A stretch of DNA of 64,000 nucleotides from an uncultured Desulfurococcales archaeon (GTDB taxonomy: Archaea > Thermoproteota > Thermoprotei_A > EX4484-217-1), in NCBI GenBank assembly GCA_964564025.1, contig CAZLZO010000006.1, positions 585-64,584 of the forward strand, given 5' to 3'. A program made the translations under genes and the position numbers. Of this stretch, positions 19,459-29,441 are shown one piece after another. Position 1 is the stretch's first letter; each line of letters starts with the position of its first letter. The notes beneath the pieces are model-generated. The model saw only the letters and a program-made list of their open reading frames with translations, was not told the DNA's origin and searched no databases.

Positions 19459-21090
19459 ATGGCGTATGGTATCCCTGTTCTTGTATTAAAAGAAGGTACC
19501 CAGAGGACAACAGGTAGGGATGCTTTAAGAGCAAACATTTTGGCAGCAAGGGTTTTAGCTGAAACATTAAGAACATCCCTAGGTCCACGTGGCTTAGATA
19601 AAATGTTGGTAGATAGCTTTGGAGATGTAACAATAACTAATGACGGAGCGACAATAGTTAAGGAAATGGAAGTACAGCATCCAGCAGCAAAACTATTAGT
19701 AGAAGTAGCTAAAGCACAGGATGCAGAAGTAGGTGATGGAACAACAACAGCCGTTGTTCTCGCCGGATTACTTCTTGAAAAAGCAGAGTCTCTTCTTGAC
19801 CAAGAAATACATCCAACAATAATCATTGAAGGGTTTAAGGAAGCACTAGCTAAGTCATTAGAGCATCTTGACCAAATAGGTATAAAAGTTAATCCCGTAG
19901 ATAGAGAGACTCTTAGGAAACTTGCAAGCACGGCATTAGCAAGCAAATATGTTGGAGCAGGCACAGTTAGAGAGAAGCTTGTTGACTTAATAATAGATGC
20001 TGCACTTACTGTTGCTGAGCCTAGACCTAATGGAACCTATAATTTAGACTTAAACAATGTTAAAGTAGAGAAGAAGAAGGGAGAAAGCCTACTTGATAGT
20101 CAACTTATAAGAGGCATTGTTTTGGATAAAGAAGTTGTACATCCAACAATGCCTAGAAGAATTGAGGGAGCAAAAATAGCACTACTAGATATGCCATTAG
20201 AAGTTGAGAAACCTGAAATAACGGCTAAAATAAACATAACAAGCCCCGAGCAAATTAAAGCGTTTCTTGAAGAAGAAACGAAGATACTCAGGGATATGGT
20301 TGAGAAAATAGCTAATGTAGGGGCTAATGTTGTAATATGCCAGAAAGGAATAGACGATGTCGCTCAATACTTCCTTGCTAAGAAGGGTATTTTGGCTGTT
20401 AGGAGGGTTAAGAGAAGCGACATGGAGAAACTAGAAAGAGCAACAGGAGGAAGAATAGTAAGCAGTATAAGAGATCTAACACCTGAGGACTTAGGGCAAG
20501 CAGAGCTTGTTGAAGAGAGAAGAGTTGGAACAGACAAGATGGTATTTATCGAAGGATGTAAGAACCCCAAGGCAGTAACTATTCTGCTACGTGGAGCAAA
20601 CGACATGGAACTTGATGAAGCGGAGAGAAGCATACATGATGCACTTAGCGTAATAAGGAATGTTATGAAGGAACCTAGGATTGTTGGTGGAGGAGGAGCG
20701 CCGGAAGTAGAATTAGCTTTAAGATTAAGAGAATACGCAAGATCAAGAGGAGGTAAGGAAGCATTAGCTATTAACGCATATGCTGATGCATTAGAGGAAA
20801 TAGCTTTAATACTAGCTGAGTCAGCAGGCCTAGATCCGCTAGATGCTAGAGGAGAGCTAAGGAAACTTCATGAAAAAGGAAACATTAATGCTGGTGTAGA
20901 TGTATTGAACTCTAAAATAATAGAGGACATGGTTAAAATAAACGTAATAGATCCTGTTCTAGTGAAGAAACAGGTACTTAAGAGCGCAACTGAAGCAGCA
21001 ACAGCAATTCTGAAGATAGATGACATAATAGCTGCCGCACCACCGAAGAAGAAGGAAAAGGAGAAAGAAGAGGAAACACCTAAGTTCTAA
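19459..21090 (+). CDS. ths: thermosome subunit (group II chaperonin)
   Basis: [27 protein letters not shown]. Confidence 0.98.
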   Translation: MAYGIPVLVLKEGTQRTTGRDALRANILAARVLAETLRTSLGPRGLDKMLVDSFGDVTITNDGATIVKEMEVQHPAAKLLVEVAKAQDAEVGDGTTTAVVLAGLLLEKAESLLDQEIHPTIIIEGFKEALAKSLEHLDQIGIKVNPVDRETLRKLASTALASKYVGAGTVREKLVDLIIDAALTVAEPRPNGTYNLDLNNVKVEKKKGESLLDSQLIRGIVLDKEVVHPTMPRRIEGAKIALLDMPLEVEKPEITAKINITSPEQIKAFLEEETKILRDMVEKIANVGANVVICQKGIDDVAQYFLAKKGILAVRRVKRSDMEKLERATGGRIVSSIRDLTPEDLGQAELVEERRVGTDKMVFIEGCKNPKAVTILLRGANDMELDEAERSIHDALSVIRNVMKEPRIVGGGGAPEVELALRLREYARSRGGKEALAINAYADALEEIALILAESAGLDPLDARGELRKLHEKGNINAGVDVLNSKIIEDMVKINVIDPVLVKKQVLKSATEAATAILKIDDIIAAAPPKKKEKEKEEETPKF

Positions 21091-21195
21091 ACAAGCTAAT
21101 GGTTTTTTCTAACATTATTAAACCGTAACATTTAATTGTCAAAACTAACCTACGATTTCTCCGAATTAAATTTTTCAAGTGAGGTACAGTAGAAC

Positions 21196-21504
21196 TTGTC
21201 TAAACGTAAGGAATCTTACATTAGTAAGATAAAGATTGGTCCACCTAAGCTAACGAAATATGAGAGAGCACGAATTATAGGGGCAAGAGCTTTGCAATTA
21301 ACTATGGGGGCATCACCTTTAATATCTATTGAGCTTGTAGGATCCACTGATCCGCTCGATATTGCTGAAAGGGAATTGGAAATGGGAATTTTACCCATAA
21401 CTATTAGGCGTAGATTACCTACAGGAGAACATCAAGACATACCTTTAAAATGGCTTCTTGAAGCTGAAAGGGAAGCTTTAGGTAGAAAAGCAGTATATGC
21501 CTAA
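21196..21504 (+). CDS. rpoK: RNA polymerase subunit Rpo6 (K)
   Basis: [29 protein letters not shown]. Confidence 0.96.
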   Translation: MSKRKESYISKIKIGPPKLTKYERARIIGARALQLTMGASPLISIELVGSTDPLDIAERELEMGILPITIRRRLPTGEHQDIPLKWLLEAEREALGRKAVYA

Positions 21505-21562
21505 TAATAAACAGTAAACTTTAAACATATTTTTAATTCAAAGCATTACTTCGGTAAAGTTA

Positions 21563-23599
21563 ATGATACCAAGAACTTATACACTCATAATAGCTGAGAA
21601 ACCTAAAGCCGCATCTAAAATAGCTTATGCTCTTTCAAACGGTAAAAGTAAAAAGTACAGCTTGTACAACGTCCCCTACTGGGTTTTTAAATCAAACGGG
21701 AAATGGTATGTTGTTGGTTCTGCTGCAGGACACCTTTTTACATTAACTACCAATAGTTACGGCTTTCCAGTATTTGATTATTATTGGGCACCATCATGGC
21801 TTGTTGATAAGAACGCTAAATATACTAGATCATTCTTCCTAGTTCTTAAAAAACTATGTACTAATGCTTCGGAATTCATTAATGCATGTGACTACGATAT
21901 AGAAGGTTCAGTTATAGGATATATGATCATTAAGGAGCTAGGGGATTTAAAGAAAGCTTATCGCATGAAGTTTTCAACATTGACACCTCAGGATTTAAGA
22001 GAGGCCTTTAAAAATGTAAATAAAGGTTTAGACATATCCATGGTTGAAGCCGGGCTTTGCAGGCATGAACTTGACTGGATATGGGGAATAAATGTTTCAA
22101 GAGCTCTCATGTTTTCTGTGAGACGGATCTCTAGGAGAAAAGTTATCTTAAGTGCTGGAAGAGTACAGTCACCAACACTTATTGAAGTAGTAAACACCGA
22201 ACATTCTAGAAATACTTTCGTACCAATACCTCTCTTCAACATTAACGTGCAAGTTAAAATAGGTAATAAATTATTCTCTCTCGAATCGCTTAATGGAAGC
22301 TTTAGAGAGAAAAGCGAAGCTGAAAAAGTAGCTGAAACCATTAAAAGCATTGGGAAGGCACTTATTGAAAAAGTAGAGTATCGAAGGGAAGAATACCATC
22401 CACCACCACCGTTTAATTTAGGTGATTTACAAGCTGAAGCAGCCAAGATTTACGGTTACTCACCTATGGAAACTCAGAAAATAGCTGAGCAACTATATCT
22501 TGACGCGCTAATAAGTTATCCAAGAACAAACAGTCAAAAATTACCGCCAACGATAAATTACAGAGGAATTTTAGTAAGCTTAAGTAGAATCCCCGAATAT
22601 GAGAACCTAGTTAAATTACTTCTAAATGATGTAGGAGATTATTTAGTACCTCATGAAGGCAGTAAAACGGATCCAGCACATCCTGCAATATATCCTACAG
22701 GTATTAGGCCTAGGATTCTTAAAGAAAAGGAGCAGAGAATCTATGATCTTATTGTAAGAAGGTTTTTAGCAACATTTGCTACAAACTTAAAACTTTACTC
22801 ACTAACATTGTATTTAAGCATAGGTAATTACAAGTTTAGACTGAAATTTAGGATCATAAAGGATAAGGGATGGCTAAAATATTATCCGTTCTTATCCGTG
22901 GAGGAAGCGGAGGAAATACCCCTTTTGAGGAAAGGGCAGATTCTCCCTATAGAGAAAGTTAGGGTGACAACAAATTACACTAAGTTTCAAAAATCTTACT
23001 CAAAAGCTTCTCTACTTAAGTGGATGGAAAGCGTCAACATAGGAACTGAAAGTACTAGGGCAAGAATTATAGAGAGTCTGTTTAGCAGAGGATACTTCAG
23101 AGCGTCAAAAGGGAAAATAGAAGTTACACCCTTAGGCTATGCTGTTGCGGAAATCTTAACGAAATACTTCAATGATTTAACAAATGTTGAATTAACTAGA
23201 AAATTCGAGGAAATGTTGAACGCTATAAGAGAAGGTAAAACTACTAGAGAGCATGTAGTAGAGGAGTCTAAGAGGTTCTTAAAAACCCTTCTTGAGAAAT
23301 TTAAAGCCGAAGAAGCTGATAAAGCAGGAGTTGACTTAGCCAAAAGCCTAGGCTTCATCAAGCCGGTAAATCCATGTATGATCTGCGGACTAGAATCCAT
23401 TGAGAACTTCGGTTTATGTAAAAATCATTATGAAGCATTACTTAATGTTAAAAGTAAATATCGAGAATGGGTTAAAGCTTATGGTAAACTTGGCTTTAGC
23501 GACTATTTGAAAAAAATAAGCAAACTTAGTATATCAGGTAAATGGGTTAGAGAAGTTGCAAAGGCTATATTGGAAGGTAAGCTTTCCATTAACTCTTAG
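21563..23599 (+). CDS. topA: DNA topoisomerase IA
   Basis: IAEKP, ACDYDIEG, SAGRVQSP, LISYPRT, HPAIYPT, GTESTR. Confidence 0.96.
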   Translation: MIPRTYTLIIAEKPKAASKIAYALSNGKSKKYSLYNVPYWVFKSNGKWYVVGSAAGHLFTLTTNSYGFPVFDYYWAPSWLVDKNAKYTRSFFLVLKKLCTNASEFINACDYDIEGSVIGYMIIKELGDLKKAYRMKFSTLTPQDLREAFKNVNKGLDISMVEAGLCRHELDWIWGINVSRALMFSVRRISRRKVILSAGRVQSPTLIEVVNTEHSRNTFVPIPLFNINVQVKIGNKLFSLESLNGSFREKSEAEKVAETIKSIGKALIEKVEYRREEYHPPPPFNLGDLQAEAAKIYGYSPMETQKIAEQLYLDALISYPRTNSQKLPPTINYRGILVSLSRIPEYENLVKLLLNDVGDYLVPHEGSKTDPAHPAIYPTGIRPRILKEKEQRIYDLIVRRFLATFATNLKLYSLTLYLSIGNYKFRLKFRIIKDKGWLKYYPFLSVEEAEEIPLLRKGQILPIEKVRVTTNYTKFQKSYSKASLLKWMESVNIGTESTRARIIESLFSRGYFRASKGKIEVTPLGYAVAEILTKYFNDLTNVELTRKFEEMLNAIREGKTTREHVVEESKRFLKTLLEKFKAEEADKAGVDLAKSLGFIKPVNPCMICGLESIENFGLCKNHYEALLNVKSKYREWVKAYGKLGFSDYLKKISKLSISGKWVREVAKAILEGKLSINS

Positions 23600-24080
23600 T
23601 GAGGGCATGGAAAAATAGGGAAAAATAGCCTACATAAGGTACTCTTAAAGGATAACCGTTTATCATTACTGCTTTCCCTAAGACTCCTTCCTCGGGAACA
23701 TACCATGAATCTCTAACTATATTTCCGTCACCTTTAGTTATGAAAAATATTTTTCCGTTTACATTAACCATGCCTACTACTCTATGTATGATAGGTGTAC
23801 GTAAGGGAATTATGGCTGATTCAGGAGAAGGCTTAAGAACTACTTTATTATAGACTATGATGTCATTTACTTTGATGTCTTCGGGGTTAACTCCAACTAT
23901 TATTACCACATCTCCTATGTTCAATGTGGGTATCATGCTAGAGCTTTCAACAGCCGCTAAAGGTATTGAAGTGTTAAGTACTACTTTTAAAAGGAAGGGA
24001 AGCATTAGTGCCAAGACTATTGCGACTATTAAAAATGTTACTTCAAAAAACCTCTTCATACTGAAAAGCATCTTACTCAT
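23589..24080 (-). CDS. signal peptidase I (archaeal S26B/Sec11 type)
   Basis: SSSMIPTLNIGD, IIHRV, TKGDGN. Confidence 0.92.
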   Translation of the reverse strand: MSKMLFSMKRFFEVTFLIVAIVLALMLPFLLKVVLNTSIPLAAVESSSMIPTLNIGDVVIIVGVNPEDIKVNDIIVYNKVVLKPSPESAIIPLRTPIIHRVVGMVNVNGKIFFITKGDGNIVRDSWYVPEEGVLGKAVMINGYPLRVPYVGYFSLFFHALTKS

Positions 24081-24102
24081 TGTAATGCCTCCCTAACTAC
24101 GG

Positions 24103-24840
24103 GTGGTACTCTCGAAGCTAAAGAAAGAAATATGTTTTTCTATAAAAACGTTTTACGGTGGAAGAAAAGTTATGGAAAAAACTTATAGTGAAAAACTAGC
24201 GGCAACAAGCATTATTGCTTCTACATTAGTTATTGCTTTAGTGTCTATAGGGTCAGGAGGAAAAGTTTACTATGGATTCTTCTATATACCTCCTTCCAAA
24301 GAATTCATAGTCGCCATTATACCTTACTTCTTCATATTTTTAAGTATTCACATAGTACTTAAGACTGTAGAGAGTAAGCTTAAACTTTTTAGTGAGAAGG
24401 TAGCTATAGCTTCATTACTTCTTGGGTACTATTTAGCTCTAATGTCGTCTATGCTTTACGCTGTATCAGGAAGTAGGGAGACTTTAGTAAGTTTTCTTGG
24501 AGATTCAGTAGTTTCACTGGGAAGTATTGTACACATAAATTTTAAATCAATACCCTATGTTGCGAGAAGGTTTCTTTCAAAAAGAGACGTTTTCGACAAA
24601 ATAATAGTTTCATTAGCCTTCCTTATTTTGGGATTATCTAGAGTTGTTAGTGAAGAAGTTCCTCTGAGTATCTCACTTGTTTTCTATGGTTTATCATGGT
24701 TCATTATTATCTTAATACTTCACGATTTCGCAAAAATATTCAAGATAAGGTTTAAAAATTTTGTTATTCAGCTAAATTTCTTGATATTGTTTGCTATTGT
24801 AAACCTATTTTACACTATTCTAATAATACTTTCATTTTAA
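24103..24840 (+). CDS. multi-pass membrane hypothetical protein
   Basis: Several hydrophobic helices; real start may be the ATG at 24172. Confidence 0.7.
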   Translation: MVLSKLKKEICFSIKTFYGGRKVMEKTYSEKLAATSIIASTLVIALVSIGSGGKVYYGFFYIPPSKEFIVAIIPYFFIFLSIHIVLKTVESKLKLFSEKVAIASLLLGYYLALMSSMLYAVSGSRETLVSFLGDSVVSLGSIVHINFKSIPYVARRFLSKRDVFDKIIVSLAFLILGLSRVVSEEVPLSISLVFYGLSWFIIILILHDFAKIFKIRFKNFVIQLNFLILFAIVNLFYTILIILSF

Positions 24841-25154
24841 AGTTCTTCTTCATCAAGTTCGCTTAAGTCTATTTCGAAAACCTCTCCCTCTCTTCTTTCT
24901 TCTCTTTTTCCACCACTTAGCACTTTTCTTCCCTTTGCACCTTCTACTTCTACTTCCCCTTCACCACCAACTTTTATTTTGCTTACTACAGCCCTCCATT
25001 TATGTCCGTTAGAACATTGGTACATTCCCATAATGGTTATTGTTATTCTACCTCTAGAATCCGGTAATGGGGAAACAAGCTGCCATGTTTTATATGGTTT
25101 TTCTACTTTCTCTCCGCAATAGGGACAAATGTTTGGAGGATGTTTTTTGGGCAT
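24837..25154 (-). CDS. Cren7-like Zn-ribbon protein with acidic C-terminal tail
   Basis: Aligns by eye with the Cren7 at 32347-32487 (CP.CG..VEKP.KTW.L ... G...C.NGH..RA.V). Confidence 0.75.
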   Translation of the reverse strand: MPKKHPPNICPYCGEKVEKPYKTWQLVSPLPDSRGRITITIMGMYQCSNGHKWRAVVSKIKVGGEGEVEVEGAKGRKVLSGGKREERREGEVFEIDLSELDEEEL

Positions 25155-25196
25155 GCCTTAGCACCTTTTCAAGAATTAATGGTTTCTGTAGTGTTT

Positions 25197-26006
25197 TTAA
25201 GAGTTTAGCCTAACTATTTCAACCTTATACTCTTCTAGTTCCCTAAGTAGTTCTTTAGCTATGTCTGAGAATACTTGCTCAACCTTTTCAGGGCTTGTAG
25301 TATACACTGTTACTTCGAATTCAGCTGCTGAACCGGCAAGTTTATGCACTCTTATATCTGGTGATATCTTCACTATTCCCTTATATGCTGAAATAGCCCT
25401 CATAATCTTATCTTCTATGTCTTCTATTGTAAATGGTGCTTCAACACGTACAAGGATTTTAACAGCAAAAAGTTCTGAATATATTTTCAAAAGTTTCTCT
25501 AGGAATAGTGAGTTAGGTATTTTCACTATGCTTCCATCTCTAGTTTTAATTTCAGTATATACTGCTCCAATATTCCTAACTTTTCCCATTACGTCACCTA
25601 TTTTTATCATATCACCTATGACTATAACTCTTCCCAAAAGAATAACGTAATATGATATTACATTCGTGTATAGGTTCCTAGCGGAGTAAGCAAGTATTAG
25701 TAGAAAACCTATTATTGCAAGCACTAAATACGTGTTTGCTGTGAAAAGCGAGATTATTATAAGAAGTATCAGAGAATATATGACAATGCTTATTACATTA
25801 TGTATTCTAATGTATGCTGATTGTGAAATTATGTTTCTTTGAACCATTCTCTTAAGCATATTGCTAACTGTTTTAAGGACAGCTACGCCAATAATGAATG
25901 CTAATGCTGAATATATTATTTGAGCCATTAGCGGGTTCATTAGAAGCAAGCGTAACTGCTCAATATAATATTCAATAAATTTCCATACAGCTTCGGTTTC
26001 TTGCAT
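25197..26006 (-). CDS. mscS: small-conductance mechanosensitive channel
   Basis: Three TM helices, IGDMIKIG...GKV..IG..YT.I.T.DG..V.IPNS. Confidence 0.88.
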   Translation of the reverse strand: MQETEAVWKFIEYYIEQLRLLLMNPLMAQIIYSALAFIIGVAVLKTVSNMLKRMVQRNIISQSAYIRIHNVISIVIYSLILLIIISLFTANTYLVLAIIGFLLILAYSARNLYTNVISYYVILLGRVIVIGDMIKIGDVMGKVRNIGAVYTEIKTRDGSIVKIPNSLFLEKLLKIYSELFAVKILVRVEAPFTIEDIEDKIMRAISAYKGIVKISPDIRVHKLAGSAAEFEVTVYTTSPEKVEQVFSDIAKELLRELEEYKVEIVRLNS

Positions 26007-26008
26007 AG

Positions 26009-26680
26009 CTAAATTCCTCTAAAAGCTTTTACGAACTCCTCTGCAATATCATTTCTCACAAGCCCTATTATTTCATACCCTGGTCTTAACTCTTTAACCT
26101 CATTTGGTTCTAAAAACTTTTCACCATCAAATATAGCTATAACCTTTGCTGCTAAAGGTATTTTTAGATCATTTAGAGGCTTACCTATGCAAGCATCATT
26201 CTCAGTTAGCGTTATTGAAACTAACCCGTAGGTGCCGCTGAAAATGGGTGCTATTTTAACTAATGAGTATTTGCCTTCAATAAATCCTTCAATAATATTG
26301 GCTGTAACGTAAGGTACGCATATTGCACTTTCTATACCTACTCTTTCAAGTAGTTTCGCGACTTTTTCGTTTTTAACCCTAACAATTATTCTGGGTACTC
26401 CATATTCTCTAGCTATAAGCGCTACGAAAAGATTTACTTCATCCTTATCTGTTGCTGCAACTAGAACATCAAGCTTACCTAAATCTACTTCATCATAAAG
26501 TGTTAAATCTGTAGCATCACGGTTTATCGCTAATACATCAGCTTCCTCGGTTACTATCCTACATTTTTCTTTCTCTTTATCAACAACTATTACTTCATTG
26601 CCCTTACCTGAAAGCATTTTAGCTAAGTGTCGTCCAGTATCACCCGCTCCAACAATCAATATTCTCATAGTACTTAACAC
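26009..26680 (-). CDS. trkA: TrkA/RCK potassium-transport regulatory protein
   Basis: IVGAGDTG Rossmann fold, TDKDEVN, TrkA-C domain. Confidence 0.9.
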   Translation of the reverse strand: MLSTMRILIVGAGDTGRHLAKMLSGKGNEVIVVDKEKEKCRIVTEEADVLAINRDATDLTLYDEVDLGKLDVLVAATDKDEVNLFVALIAREYGVPRIIVRVKNEKVAKLLERVGIESAICVPYVTANIIEGFIEGKYSLVKIAPIFSGTYGLVSITLTENDACIGKPLNDLKIPLAAKVIAIFDGEKFLEPNEVKELRPGYEIIGLVRNDIAEEFVKAFRGI

Positions 26681-26732
26681 CTAAGTTCTTCCTAACTCTT
26701 TACACCTATCTGATTTGAAAGTTTCGGATATT

Positions 26733-27047
26733 TCATATAAACCCTATCTTTTTAACAATAATAAGTAGCAGGTATGACATAAAAAATGCTAATAAAACTT
26801 TTTCTTTTTTGCCTTCCGTAACTACTATTATTAAAACATGCACAGAGTATATTATGAGGGATAAGAGAAGTAGGTTTAGAAAATTATGGATTATTGAGTA
26901 TGAAAGTACAGGTAGGAAATAGGTTGTTGCGAGAAGCCACATGTAAGTTTTCTTATAACTCACTATTTCAGCAAATTCCATCATTAAAACCGGAGTAATA
27001 AAGTTTAGTAACAGAATAACCGTTATAAGGTCCATGTTTATGCCCAA
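26733..27047 (-). CDS. small membrane hypothetical protein
   Basis: Hydrophobic ORF. Confidence 0.65.
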   Translation of the reverse strand: MGINMDLITVILLLNFITPVLMMEFAEIVSYKKTYMWLLATTYFLPVLSYSIIHNFLNLLLLSLIIYSVHVLIIVVTEGKKEKVLLAFFMSYLLLIIVKKIGFI

Positions 27048-27148
27048 GCATTAAACCCTCCGCTAAACAATAATATTTATTGTAGGAGAATATTTACTAA
27101 CTTTACTAGAGACAATATTTTTGACAACAATAGTATGGGGTACGTGAA

Positions 27149-28471
27149 ATGAAGGATATCGTTTACTATTCAATTGAAGAAGCATTTAAAATACACCATG
27201 TTAAAGGGAGAGAAATTATTGACTCTAGAGGTAGACCTACTGTTGAAGCTGAAGTTTCGACTGTAGGTGGTGGTGTGGGTGTAGCTGCAGTTCCCGCAGG
27301 TGCATCTAAGGGTAAATATGAAGCTTGGGAATTACGTGATGGTGATTCAAGATTTTTCGGATTAGGTGTTAGAAAAGCTGTTGAAAACATAAACAACGTT
27401 ATCTCCAAGGAAATAGTGGGTCTCGACTCAAGATACCAGAGGGAAATAGACAATAAAATGATTATTCTCGACGGAACACCTAATAAGTCAAGATTAGGGG
27501 CAAACGCTATATTAGCTGTTTCAATAGCTACAGCTAAAGCTGCAGCAGACACTTACGGATTACCCTTATTTAAATATCTTGGAGGGTATCTAGCTAGAAC
27601 ATTACCTACACCGTTTCTAAACATAATTAATGGAGGTAAGCACGCTGGGAATAAACTTAGTATACAAGAGTTCATGATTGTTCCGGGAGAAGCGGATAGT
27701 TTTTCAGAAGCTCTAAGAGTGGCTTGCGAAGTCTACTATAAACTTAGGGATTATCTTAAGGAGAAACATGGTTTACAAGCAATTAACGTAGGTGATGAAG
27801 GAGGTTTTGCTCCGCCAATGTCCGAAACTAGAGAGGCCCTTGATGCTTTAATTAGAGCAATAAAAATAGCTGGTTACACCGAGGGTTCAGAGGTTGCTAT
27901 AGCACTTGATGCTGCTGCTTCAAGCTTCTATGATGAATTAAAAAGGAAATACTACATTGACGGTAAATATGTTGAACCAGATAAGCTATTAGAATATTAC
28001 TTAGAATTAGTTGAAGAATACCCCATAGTAAGCATTGAAGATCCTTTTCATGAAGACGATTTTAAGAGGTTCGCTGAGTTAACAAGGAAGATTAGTTCTA
28101 AAATACTTATAGTTGGTGATGACCTATTCGTAACGAACATTAATAGATTCAAGGAAGGAGTTTCTATGGGTGCAGCAAACTCCATACTTGTGAAGATGAA
28201 TCAAATAGGTACGTTAAGTGAAACATTAGATGTAATACACTACGCTATGCAAGCAGGCTATCAGCCCATAATAAGCCATAGAAGTGGTGAAACAGAAGAC
28301 ACGACAATATCGGACTTAGCTGTAGCTACAAATGCCGGAGCCATAAAAACTGGTGCACCTGCACGTGGTGAAAGAACAGCAAAGTACAATAGACTAATTA
28401 GGATAGAGGAGATACTAGGTAGTGAAGCAAAGTACGCTGGTTTCACAATATTTCCGAGAAAACCTAAATAA
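27149..28471 (+). CDS. eno: enolase
   Basis: IIDSRG.PTVE, GASKG, GDEGGFAP, SIEDPF, VGDDLF, SHRSGETED, IKTGAPARGER. Confidence 0.98.
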   Translation: MKDIVYYSIEEAFKIHHVKGREIIDSRGRPTVEAEVSTVGGGVGVAAVPAGASKGKYEAWELRDGDSRFFGLGVRKAVENINNVISKEIVGLDSRYQREIDNKMIILDGTPNKSRLGANAILAVSIATAKAAADTYGLPLFKYLGGYLARTLPTPFLNIINGGKHAGNKLSIQEFMIVPGEADSFSEALRVACEVYYKLRDYLKEKHGLQAINVGDEGGFAPPMSETREALDALIRAIKIAGYTEGSEVAIALDAAASSFYDELKRKYYIDGKYVEPDKLLEYYLELVEEYPIVSIEDPFHEDDFKRFAELTRKISSKILIVGDDLFVTNINRFKEGVSMGAANSILVKMNQIGTLSETLDVIHYAMQAGYQPIISHRSGETEDTTISDLAVATNAGAIKTGAPARGERTAKYNRLIRIEEILGSEAKYAGFTIFPRKPK

Positions 28472-28481
28472 TGAAGTTTAA

Positions 28482-28539
28482 TGCGATGATGAAGGTTAAA
28501 AGCGAGGAAAATCAGTGTCTGGAACCAGGCTTCTGAGCA
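28482..28539 (+). ncRNA. C/D box guide sRNA, predicted target tRNA-Lys(UUU)
   Basis: C AUGAUGA (28486-28492), guide AGGUUAAAAGC, degenerate D'/C', guide CUGGAACCAGGCUU, D CUGA (28533-28536), terminal UGC/GCA stem. Confidence 0.8.
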
Positions 28540-28616
28540 AAACATAATTTAAATTAAGTAAAAAACGCAATTAACTCTTTAGCTTTAAGCCTAAAACTCT
28601 CTATTTTTATCTTAGT

Positions 28617-29297
28617 TTACTTCGGCGGTGTTGGTAAGCTAGCGCTTTCACCAGAAGGTACTCCTGTCAATGGTAGTTCAGGGAATCTCTCTTTCATTCT
28701 TTGCTCAGCTATTATTGATGCTTCTTCAAGTATTTTCTTAGCTTCACCACTAACTACCGTAGTGTCTATGGCTGTTCCAGTAAATTCTCCTGCTTCTAGA
28801 ACTATTGAGTGAAGCATTGTATCGACTTCGTCGAGCTCGAAAGCGATTTCGGGAACTATTCCTTTTAGATGCTGCTTAATATCTTTAATTACTTCAACTA
28901 TAGGTGCCATAGTTACAAGAACATCTCCTAGTTCTCTAACAGTCTCTAACCTAAGTGCTACTTGTTCAAGAGCTAGCTGTGCTCTAAGAACAGTTTTAGC
29001 TATTTTTCTAACTTCAGCTACTTCATTAGCGTATATTGCTGCTCTAGCACTATCCTTCATCATGTGAGCTGAAACAACTTTTTCAAACAGCATCTTATCT
29101 CTTTCCTGAAGCTTATTGAATAAGTGTTCTAAGCGATTTACCTGTATTTTTACTTTATAAAGTGCCATAGCTAACTTGTATCTCATTGGCGGTGGTGGAT
29201 GAATTATTCTCGCTAACCTCTCCTTAACCGATGGCTTAGAGCTGTCATCCCAGTCCTTCACAAACTTTTCAAGTCTAGATGGCATGCTGTTTACCAC
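28617..29297 (-). CDS. ESCRT-III (Snf7) protein, CdvB1/B2-like paralog without winged helix
   Basis: ARAAIYANEVAEVRK.AK, LEQVALRLETV, C-terminal MIM2-like FPELP. Confidence 0.9.
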   Translation of the reverse strand: MVNSMPSRLEKFVKDWDDSSKPSVKERLARIIHPPPPMRYKLAMALYKVKIQVNRLEHLFNKLQERDKMLFEKVVSAHMMKDSARAAIYANEVAEVRKIAKTVLRAQLALEQVALRLETVRELGDVLVTMAPIVEVIKDIKQHLKGIVPEIAFELDEVDTMLHSIVLEAGEFTGTAIDTTVVSGEAKKILEEASIIAEQRMKERFPELPLTGVPSGESASLPTPPK

Positions 29298-29324
29298 CGA
29301 AAAATGATGTTGCCCATTATTTTA

Positions 29325-29383
29325 TATTTAAAACTTAGGGGCTATACGAAAACTCCTAAAGCAAAGCCCCTAACTCTTAAATA
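29325..29383. promoter_or_regulatory. divergent promoter: two TATA-like boxes enclosing a 9-bp inverted repeat TTAGGGGCT-N21-AGCCCCTAA
   Basis: TTTAAATA on minus (29332-29325), CTTAAATA on plus (29376-29383), repeat arms at 29335-29343 and 29365-29373. Confidence 0.6.
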
Positions 29384-29441
29384 GCCTCAAGGTGAATAAA
29401 GGATTTTTTCGAAAGCAAAAACTGGAAAGAGTGGTTTAGAA

